Below are positions 54,556 through 64,000 of a stretch of DNA of 64,000 nucleotides, one piece after another. Below the pieces are notes generated by a model. It did no database searches and had not been told where the DNA came from. It saw only the letters and a list, made by a program, of their open reading frames with translations. The stretch lies in assembly GCF_009914755.1 (NCBI RefSeq), contig NC_060934.1; one strand, 5' to 3'. Both the position numbers and the translations under genes were made by a program. Numbering within the stretch: the first letter of the stretch is position 1; every line of letters starts with the position of its first letter. This stretch comes from the human T2T-CHM13v2.0 reference genome, Homo sapiens.

Positions 54556-55560
54556 CTATTCTGTAGATACCAGCCAGTCTCTTTCCCCAGTCACCCCTAT
54601 CATCACCCAGTAGGCTCATGAACAAAGTGGCCGTGGTGCCAGGGATGGAGGTGCCAGGGATGGGGTCAGAGAAGGAGGATGCATGGACTCAGCAGCATGG
54701 ACTTCCACTCACCAAGGTTGAGCTGGCTACAGTTGCTGAGTACCCAGTCTGCCTGTGGCAGAGATTAACACTTAAGTCCCCAATATGGCAGCATTCCCAG
54801 GGTGATCAGTCGGATGGGTGGAAAGTTGATTATAATGGACCATTTTCATTATGGAAGGGACAGCATTTTGTTATCAATGGAATAGACACTTGCTCTGGAT
54901 GCAAATTTGCATTTCCTGTATGTAGTGCTTCTGCCAAACTACTACCTATGAGCTCACAGAATGTCTATCTACCATCGTGATATTCTGCACAGGATTGATT
55001 CTGAACAAGGAACTCACTTCAGAGTGAAAGAAGTGCAGCAATGGGCCCTTGGTCGTGGATTTTACTGGTCTTACTATATTAGCCATCATCCTGAAGCCGC
55101 TGGCTTGGTAGAACAATGCAATGGCATTTTGAAGACTCCATCACAGTTCCAGATGGGTAGGAATACCTTGCAGGGCTGGGGCAAGGTATTGCCTTCTCTG
55201 GAAGGCTGTGCATTCTCTTCATCAAAGTCCAGTATGTGATGCTTTTCCTCCCATAACCAAGATTCACAGGTCCAGGAATCTAGGGATGGAAATGAAAGGG
55301 GCATCACTTACAATTATCTCTAGCAACTTACCAGCAAAATGTTTCCTTTCTTTTCCCAAAGACTTATGTTCTGTTGTCCTAAAAGTCTTTGTTCCAAAGG
55401 AAGGAATGGTTCCACCAGGAGACACAACAATGATTATACTGAACTGCAAGTTAAGACTGCCACCTGATGCCTCTGAATCTACTGGCAAGCAAGGAAGTTA
55501 CTGTGCTGGGTGGGTTGATTGATCCAGACTACAAGGGGAAATTGGACAGCTGCTCCACAA
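54556..55560 (+). pseudogene. Frameshifted ERV-L integrase and dUTPase remnant
   Basis: WKVDYNGPF..GIDTCSGCKFAFP (54618 ORF), IDSEQGTHF..HHPEAAGLVEQCNGILK (54961 ORF) and VPKEGMVPPGDTTMI..KLRLPP (55208 ORF), split across frames. Confidence 0.9.
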
Positions 55561-55936
55561 TAGAGGTAAGGAAGAATGTGTCTGGAATACAGGAGACTGC
55601 TTAACATATCTCTTAATATTACCAAGCTCTGTTATTAAAGTTAAAGAAAAGCCGCAACCCCATCCGGGCAGGACTATTAATGGCCCAGATCCTTCAGGAA
55701 TGAAGACCTGGGTTACCCCACCAGGTAAAACAAATGCACAGCTAAAGGCAAAGGGAATACAGAATGGGTAGTGGAAGAAGGTATTTATAAATACGAGCCA
55801 CATAAACACGACCGGTTACAGAAATGAGCATTATAATTGTCAAGAGTATTTCTTCCTTATTTTGTTATGAATGTGTTTGTGACTCTGTGTGTGTGCTTGT
55901 GTGTGTGTGTTTGCAAATATCTGTTTTCTTCCTTTT

Positions 55937-56234
55937 CTTTTTTTTTTTTTTTTTGAGATGGAGTCTTGCTCTGTCGCCCAGTCTGGAGTGCAGTGGCGTG
56001 ATTTCGGCTCACTGCAAGCTCTGCCTCCCAGGTTCATGCCATTCTCCTGCCTCAGCCTCCTGAGTAGCTGGGACTACAGGTGCCCGCCACCACACCCGGC
56101 TAATTTTTTGTATTTTTAGTAGAGATGGGGTTTCACCGTGTTAGGTAGGATGGTCTCGATCTCCTGACCTCATGATCTGCCCTCCTCGGCCTCCCAAAGT
56201 GCTGGGATTACAGGCTTGAGCCACTGTGCCTGGC
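55937..56234 (-). mobile_element. AluY inserted in the ERV-L 3' region
   Basis: Y-type diagnostics; TSD 'ctgttttcttccttttctt'. Confidence 0.95.
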
Positions 56235-56541
56235 CTGTTTTCTTCCTTTTCTTATTCTCTTCTTATGCAATATAAGATTCATTGACTTGATTTCATAGTA
56301 TTAAAATGCTAACTTTACATCATAGTATTTGTTGTCAAGGAGATAAGAAAGGCTATCAAGGAGAAGAGTAAACATCACCCAAGGATTTTGCATCCTCTTC
56401 TGGGGAAGGGGTCAGTGCATTTTCAGTTGTACACAGTTGCATCATTTTAGGCGGAAGCATGACCTTGTTATTGTCTTTATTTGGAAAGTAAGTATGGTTT
56501 AAGGAGCTGCGTATGGGTGCCAAGTTGACACAGGGTAAATT

Positions 56542-56938
56542 TGTGATGGGTTATTTTATGTGTCAATTTAGGTAGGTCAAGATAACCAGATATTTGATCA
56601 AACGTTATTCTAGATGTTTTGTGGAGGTATTTTTAAGATGAAACTAATATTTAAATCAGTTCACTGAGTAAATCTGATTATCATCCATAATGTGGGTGGG
56701 CCCCATCCAATCAGTTGGAAGCTTTAATAGTAAATTTAATAGTAAAAGACTGACCTCCCCAAGAAGAAGAAAGGCTGTCAGCAGACTTCTTTTGGACTCA
56801 TACCAAAGAAACTCTTCCCTGCCGGCCTACACTGCGTACTTTGGTCTTCCCAAGCCTCCACAGTCTCATGAATCAATTCCATCTCAGTACTATATATATC
56901 CTGTTAGTTTCATTTCCCTGGGGAATCCATACCATTAT
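56542..56938 (+). mobile_element. MLT2 3' LTR of the ERV-L
   Basis: Follows 'caagttgacacagggtaaatt'; starts 'tgtgatgggttattttatgtgtcaa'; contains 'ccataatgtgggtgggccccatccaatcagttg'. Confidence 0.85.
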
Positions 56939-57199
56939 AGAGATGTTTTCCATATTTTTATGATAAGAACTCTTGGGCACATTCTACCAAAACTGCAATG
57001 AACTAGGTTGTTTACTACCTTTTTTATTCTTGATCAAGTATATCAGTTATGACTATTTTATTAGGCTTTTATTAGGCTTTACAAAATGTTGTATTCTTTA
57101 ATTGAATAAATATACTGATTTGTATTTGTTCTGTGTTCACTAAATTTTCTTTTATTCTTATTATCTCAAGGGTTGATATGTATTTTCTCATCCTTATTT

Positions 57200-58100
57200 A
57201 TTCTTCAGCCATTAAAAATTCTCATCTTTTCCTCTTGTGCATATCTTCTTGCCTAATTATCTTTTTGTTATTAATAGCATTGAATTATAGTCTATTATGA
57301 GTCTGTAGGAAATTTATTTTTAGGAACTTACTGCAATTTTATGTGTGGCCTATTTCACTTTGTTTTTTAATGTTCTATGTGTCTGAAAAAAATATTTCTT
57401 ATATATTGGTTTAAAATTCTATTTAGATCTAAAAGATAAATCTTGTTAATTGCGTTACTCAAGTTCTCTATAGTCTTATTTCATTTTTCCTTTCTTTATT
57501 TTGTCATTTCTTGAAACATGTCATAAGTTTCCCAACATAATTGTGGATGTGTCTATTTTTTATATTAATTTTTGCCTTATTTGTGTGTTGTTAGTTACAT
57601 ATTTATAGTGGATATATTCTTGACTGGCTTTCCCCCATTAAAGAAATCAATGTTTGTCCCATATAATATATTTTACGTTGAATGATGTCTGGTACAGGGT
57701 TATTATTGCTACTTTTGCCTTTCTGTTAGTGTTTATCTGATATACTGTATCCACCCCTTTTCATTGTATATTTTTGGTCACATTTTCTGGTGTGTCTCTT
57801 GAATGAAACCTATAGCTAGACTCTACTTACATATCGGAATACCTCTGTGTTTTATTAGCAAAGCTTATCAATCAATTAATGCTACTGTTATCACTGATAC
57901 GTTTAGACATATTAATGTCATTTTATTGTATGTTTTCTTTTTCCATACTTTCTGGTTTCCTTTTTGTTTCCTTTTCTGCCTTTTGCTACATTGATGGATC
58001 ATTGTTTGTTCTATTTATCTTTCCTCTGTTGGGAAGTTGTTCCTTCTAAATCCTTACCTTTGTGACCAAAAAAGATGTATGCTAAGATGAATCTTTAGTT
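57200..58100 (-). mobile_element. Ancient L1ME-like fragment
   Basis: T-rich antisense L1 phrases such as 'ataattgtggatgtgtctatttt' and 'ggtgtgtctcttg'. Confidence 0.65.
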
Positions 58101-58996
58101 TCCTAGCATACATACTTTTCTAACATACATTTTATCTTCAAAATTTACAGTATTATTGTGATCTCAACATACAGGGCAAGAACATTTGCACACTTTTGCC
58201 TCCCTCCAGGTGTAGCTTGCTTAGGCTGCCTGTCTCTGCCCTATGTTGGTACCTTTCTAAGGCCCTACCTGTACTTGGAGCTCAGCCCCCACAGGTTGTG
58301 AGCAAATGGCTCTGTTGTCTGTGTTGAGTGCAAGATGAACTGCATTCATCTTGCAGTTCAAGATGCAATTGTCCAATAATTATCCTGAAGACTGCCATAA
58401 CGCTCTCTCCTGTTCCTTGGGCTTTTTGTCTCTGGGGCTGGAGCTCCCTGGAACATATCCTGGCTGGACAGCATGTTTAACGAGCTAAGATTTCCCCCTT
58501 TTACTTTTCTCCATAGAGCTGCTCCTGATTGATTTTATACCAAGGATTCTTCAAAATTTCTGGTGCATTGATTAGACTTTTTTTTTCCCATACGATTACG
58601 GATTTTTTTTTTTTTTGCTTTGTTCTAACATTATCCCATAATTATCATGGGATAATTGTGGTGATGGAAGCATATGTACTTAGACTGTCATTTTGACCCA
58701 TTCTTATTTCCCTCTATGTTCTTTTTTACTCTGTACCAGCCACATTCGTCTAATAATGACCCTATGGGCACATATGCTTTGCTTTTCTTCCTCCAAGCCT
58801 TGCTTATTCTAGTGAGACGCTTGCTACATATTTCTTGAATTATTCTTTGTTTATCTTAAGGGCTTTCTGTTCCTTGAAGGTTTAGCTTTTCCTCACATTT
58901 AAATGTTAATATTTTCCTCCACTCAATTCTTATGGTCCTAAATTTGAATCTCTGTTATGAGCAAGTTGTAGCATAAATAAGAATTTAATATTTGCG

Positions 58997-59297
58997 GGCC
59001 AGGCACAGGGGCTCACACCTGTAATCCCAACACTTTGGGAGGCCAAGGTGAGAGAATCACTTGAGCTCAGGAGTTCAAGACAAGCCCGGGAAACATGGCA
59101 AAACCCCATCTCTAACTAAAGTACAAAAAAAAAAAAGCTGGCTGTGGTGGCGTGCACCTGTGTCTCAGCTACTCAGGAGGTTGAGGTTGGAGGATCGCTT
59201 GAGCCTGGGAGGTGGAGGTTGCAGTGAGCCGAGATCACAGCACTGGACTCCAGCCTGAGTGACAAAGTGAGACCCCATCTCAAAAAAAAAAAAAAAA
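58997..59297 (+). mobile_element. AluJ
   Basis: TSD 'aagaatt(t/a)aatatttg'. Confidence 0.95.
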
Positions 59298-59891
59298 GAA
59301 TTAAATATTTGTGAACTTATTACCTCTTGAGAACAGAGTATGTTATCTTTCCTCTCTTTGGATTCCCATTGCACATAACAATGCCATCCTTATAGCGGGC
59401 GAAACATTTGTGACTAAAATTGAATTAATTTGAATTTATGACCAGCTCCTATCAATAACAGAAAATTCTTCTATATAGTGTGCTTGGACTGAACAGTTCT
59501 ATGATCATTGTTTATTTATTGTATTATGTAGTATTTTTTATAACATCAAATATTTGTTGAAAAGCATAGTGAAGCATAAGAAAATAAATTACGCTGGTGA
59601 TTAACTTTTGTCCTTAAATTGAATTGACATCTTTGTCACCCCTCCCCCCGGCATTTTCATATGAAGAACCCCAAGAAGAATATTAAAATATTAGAATATT
59701 TCTTCTTTGCTCATTACTTATAGACATTAGCTGCTATCAAGTATTTTCTTAAACAATGCTATCTACGCAGCACACACACCCTTAATCTCGTGCAGGGAGT
59801 GCTACGCTGAGGCGAATCCTTATTTATGACAACACTGCCCCCTAATCATTCACGCTGCTCAACCTCATCACAGGTCTTTCCATCAGAGTGT

Positions 59892-59905
59892 GTCTCCATG
59901 GTAAC
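59892..59905. promoter_or_regulatory. RFX X-box motif within a candidate enhancer
   Basis: GTCTCCATGGTAAC fits the palindromic X-box GTYNCCATGGYAAC. Confidence 0.5.
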
Positions 59906-60635
59906 ACAAGCCAGATTTGGCCATTTGGTTATGGCTTGGAACACAAAGGTCACTTGAAGGTTTATGACATTTGGATTTTGGAGCACATTTACAAAACTAC
60001 CAATTCTACTTGGTTTTGACATTTGGATGCAATCTTTATTAATAGTATCTTTCCCTTGGCATACATACATGTTTCCATTTGGATTATGTTTGTTTATTGG
60101 ACAAAAGCAGCCAATGTAACCAAGTTTAATAAAATTCACCGTTTTTCTTCATTACATTTCTTTCCAGAAAATGATACTTTGTGCTTAAAAAGTGCTATGC
60201 AACAAAATCATTTGAAAATATAAATCACTGAGATTGCTAAAAATATCTCGAACTGTCAAAACTAAAAGGTTGATTACTGATTTATCGTGTTCTCTTTTAC
60301 CTCAATATCTAATTATGTTTTAAACGTGTATTGAAGTGGGATAACATAATTATTCCATTTGTCAACATACATTGCTATCTTTTTATGTCCAGAAAGTATT
60401 TGATTTGTAGATAGAAAGAACAAATGTATTTTTATTGAAATATAATCATTTGCATTTAAATGGGAGAGTATCTAAAAAAAGGAAACCTTTAAGTCTTTAA
60501 GAAAGAAAATGTTTAAAATCTTCAGTCTTGTAAAAGAAAATTTAAATATTAGGAAAAGCACATTTGTTTGTGGATAATAAGGCTCAATATGAGAGTCAAT
60601 ACTTTTCAAATATATCTATTTAAAATAATAATAGC

Positions 60636-60722
60636 GTGAACCCTGGAGGTGGAGCTTGCCGTGAGCCAAGATCGTGCCACTGCACTCCAGTGTGGGCAAC
60701 AGAGTGAGACTCCATCTCAAAA
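60636..60722 (+). mobile_element. 5'-truncated AluY-like fragment at the edge of a MIR (about 60730-60950)
   Basis: TSD 'aataataatagc'; 'gtgaaccctggaggtggagcttgc'. Confidence 0.88.
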
Positions 60723-61026
60723 TAATAATAATAGCTAACACTTCCTAATCACTTTCTATGTGCCTGGTTCTGTTTTCAATACTTTGTAGATATTAAATCA
60801 TTTAATCCTCACAGTGACTCTATTTTACCAATTATCTCCATTTTACTAATGAGAAACTAATACACAGAGACATTCATACTTGCTAAAAGTTATATAACTA
60901 GTACTGGTATAATCAGGTTTCAAATCCAGGTAGTCTGGTTCCGAAGCCTAAATTAGCCTCTAAATTGAGGGGATTACAATGAAAATTTACATAAGATTAT
61001 TTCTTCAGAATTAAAAAACACCTTGA

Positions 61027-61115
61027 GGCCAGGTGCAGTGTCTCACACCTGAAATCCCAGCACTTTGGGAGGCTGAGGCTGAAGGATCACTTGAGGCCAG
61101 GAGTGTGAGACTAGC
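61027..61115 (+). mobile_element. Alu 5' fragment
   Basis: Left-arm sequence ending at 'gagactagc'; no tail and no TSD seen. Confidence 0.85.
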
Positions 61116-61482
61116 TTTTCTCAACAATTTACTTAACAAGGAACCTAAAAGTAGGCAGTTAAGGACCAGTACAGTGGTTCTACAATACCTTCAAGAGACA
61201 ATGATTTCCTCTTGAATTTCTTCTTAGTCATCCTCAGTGAGTGCCTTATCAAGCTTATTACTTCATGGTGACAAGAGGGCTGCACTTGATCCAACATCAA
61301 TTTTGGATTCCAGTAAGCAAGAAGAAGAAGACAAATGAGAAAAAGATATAAGCCAGGTGAGTTGCTCCCCTTTAAAGAACTTTTTCAGAAAGCCCTCACA
61401 GTGATTTTAGACACTGCAGTTACCTAAAACTTTTGTATGAACAAACTGAGTAGCAAAGAAAGCTGATTAAAAAAAAAAAAAG

Positions 61483-61793
61483 GGCCAGGCGCAATGGCTC
61501 ATGCCTGTAATCCCAGCACTTTGGGAAGCCGAGGCAGGTGGATCATGAGGTCAGGTGTTCGAGGCCAGCCTGGCCAACATGGTGAAACCCCGTCTCTACT
61601 AAAGATACAAAAAACTTTGCCAGGCATGGTGGCATGCACCTGTAATCCCAACTACTCAGGAGGCTGGGGCAGGAGAATCACTTGAACCCAGGAGATAGAG
61701 GTTCCAGTAAGACAAGATCGCGACACTGCACCCTAGTCTGGGTGACAGGGTGAGACTCATCTCCAAAAAAAAAAAAAAAAAGAAAGAAAAAAG
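61483..61793 (+). mobile_element. Alu (AluS)
   Basis: Dimeric Alu with A-rich tail. Confidence 0.95.
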
Positions 61794-62618
61794 ATAGGTC
61801 TGTGACTGAGTATATTGCCACTCTGATGAAAATCAGAATCTAAGAGTAAAGAAAGATTATTGAGGCAGGTCTAGAATAGCCTTTGCTCTAGAGCTAGTTT
61901 GTCCTCTTACTAAGGTATGGCCCTTTGTGTACTGTGTGTGTTCAACAATGAGCATTCTCACCTTGGCTAGTCAGGACTCAGCTGCTTGGAAATGTTCAGT
62001 TTACAACTCCCTGGAAATTTCATCCTAAAGGGCTTTTTTTTTTTTCTTTTTTTCTGGGTAGCTCTCTCCTCTCCAGGACCTTTTCTGGAAAATTCTAGGC
62101 TTTTCAACCTCCATGTACTCTAATCTCTGACAACTCAACTCAGGGACACTGTGACATTCTGCTTGGGTTTCCCCTTCTTATGATACAGTTCTGAAATCCT
62201 TCCTGTCAATCATCTGAAGCAACTGAGGCCTCATGCAACTCATTTCCCTTGTCCCAGGTGTCATACTGAGTCAGTAGAAAAATTCCTGAAGAATTCCAGA
62301 TACCTCCTAAATGTGGTAGATGATCTATAAGTCATTAATCCTCTGCTATAAAAGAGACCAGGCTTCCATAAACAAACTCCAATAGTTCACAGCCTTTGGA
62401 AAACGATTATTATTTACCACTTTAAAGTTACGATTATGTAAATATATCACATCTCATAATAAATGTGCTATTAAATATTTGCTTTTTAACATTAAGGAAT
62501 AGGTTACTATTTTTGAGAGCTTTACAGATAATTTTATAATAGGCCTGAAGAGGAATGCCATGTGACTAGGATTCACAAATCCTGTTGTAAGTAAAGCTAC
62601 TTCATGCCAGATAGACTG

Positions 62619-63472
62619 TGAAATGGGAGAGTTCCCTGACCTCCATCACAGAACACGCAACAGGGTGTGGCTCATCTGTTTGGCCACCACACTCTCAAAC
62701 CCCTTACAAGAAGGGGAACAGACAGACAGGCAGATGCAGGAGCCGAGGTGCACACTTTTGGGCTCCAGCACCATGGTAGCATCTAGGGATGGGTGTCTGT
62801 GACTCCCAAAGCCCCAGTGGATCTGTTACTGTGCTCCTTTAGCTCTGCCATCTGCAAACTTTAAGTGTTAACCAGTTCAGTGCCCTCTTGGTACTCGGGT
62901 CCTTGTCTGGCATCCAGGAAAAATCAGGTCACATATGGACTTGAAGGATGGTGAATGCAGGGATTTTACTGAGTGGTGGAGGTGGCTTTGGCGGGATGGA
63001 TGGGGAGCTGGAAAGGGGATGGAGTGGGAAGATGCTCTTCCCCTGGAGTTTGGCCATCCCACAGCCAAACTCCTCTCCAACCATCCCCAGCTGAACTCCT
63101 ATCAACGTTCAGATGCTCTTCCCCTGGAGTTTGACCATCCCACAGCCGAACTCCTCTACAACCATCCTCAGCTGAACTCCTCTCAATGTTCAGATGCTCC
63201 TTCTCTTCTCTCCTGCTCTGCCATGCCACTTTTCTGTTCCTCTGCTCTTTTGCTCATCTCCTTGTCTCCTCATCTGCTGGTAGAGCCTGTTGTTTGGGGT
63301 TTATGTGAGTACAGGATACAGGGGTATGGCGGGCCAAAAAGGCAAAATTTGGGTTCAAAAACAGGAATGCCTGTTTCCATTTAGGGCTGCAGGTTTCCAG
63401 GCTTGAGGATGGGTTATTTGCCAGGCAACCACCCTCTTCTACCCAGTATTTCCTTGCTTCCTGTCTGTATCA
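62619..63472 (-). mobile_element. MER50-like ERV1 solo LTR with an internal 81-bp duplication
   Basis: Minus strand starts 'tgatacagacaggaagcaaggaaatactgggtagaagaggg'; 4-bp TSD 'actg'. Confidence 0.8.
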
Positions 63473-64000
63473 ACTGCAGTAACTTTTATAATCATATTAA
63501 AACATTTTAATAATAAATACAATTATGGTAATTTAGGGTAAATTATAATGTTTCATACAGAATTCTTTCATGGTTGTGCTTTTGTTTTTGTTTTTGTTTG
63601 TGTTTTATCGACCACTCAAAGTGCTTTTAACCACCTCTCTAGTTATGACTAGCTCAAGGAATTGAACATGTTAGCTCTCATGTAGAAGAAATAACTGTGC
63701 ACAGAATGACTCAATCAGTAGCAAAAAGACTGGCTTGCACAACATCTCTTCTCCATCTCTCTTATCTTGGGATCACACCTAAGAGAGATCAGTTAATTCC
63801 ACCGGGTGAAGAAGGCAGGCTGGAAGGTGCTGTTTTCTAGACATAATTTCCTGGATTGGACAAACGCTGCAGATACAGGTTCTAGGAGGGATGTCAGTCA
63901 AGCAGAGAGAGCTGGGAATCCAGAGCCTAGGAAAACAGACATAAGGCACCCTGTGGCGGGGAAGGGGGATTCTACACAGCTAACAGAAAAGAAGCACATG

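Larger units (their letters stand above)
51705..56541 (+). mobile_element. Decayed ERV-L (HERV-L-like) internal region: gag, RNase H, integrase and dUTPase remnants
   Basis: gag-like 'tgggataatggtggaag...ttggatcaggccaaatttattgatatgggaccactaagcagagattct'; integrase-like ORFs; ends at an MLT2 LTR; interrupted by other elements. Confidence 0.9.

Noticed and set aside
54618-55522. Possible domesticated integrase or dUTPase gene
   Set aside because: Split over three frames with stops and degraded motifs; a neutral ERV-L fossil.
59834-59852. Second CTCF-like site (reverse strand TGATTAGGGGGCAGT)
   Set aside because: Lacks the conserved CCAC/CCAG 5' half; too weak to call.
62935-63384. 149-aa ORF with an internal repeat
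   Set aside because: Lies antisense within a solo LTR, is lengthened by the 81-bp duplication and resembles no protein family I recognise.

Overview
Primate, almost certainly human, non-coding genomic DNA: AT-rich, CpG-depleted, about 30 Alu-family inserts, no CpG island and no recognisable protein-coding exon or structural RNA gene. It is either a gene desert or the interior of a long intron; I cannot name the locus from sequence alone. Roughly half of the window is recognisable transposable-element sequence: Alu, L1PA and L1M, L2/MIR, four THE1/MST LTRs, MER4/MER31/MER50-type ERV1 LTRs, a HERV-K(HML-2) LTR5A-like solo LTR, a decayed ERV-L provirus, and the DNA transposons MER1A, MER20, MER44 and MADE1. 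The only protein-like ORFs are fossil L1 ORF2 and ERV-L integrase/dUTPase fragments. I found no new biological system. The best signals are (i) unusual retrotransposition and repair scars (extreme twin-primed mini-L1, L1 3' transduction, polyadenylated MER41 retrocopy, tailless Alu, Alu-L1 chimera, Alu-anchored templated insertion, triple-nested ERVs), (ii) an RFC1-like AAGGG/AGGGG pentamer array grown from an Alu tail, (iii) a full-length CTCF site and several motif-dense unique segments, and (iv) candidate non-coding exons plus a recursive-splice-like site on the + strand. Repeat subfamily names come from recalled consensus sequences, and boundaries of old elements are approximate.
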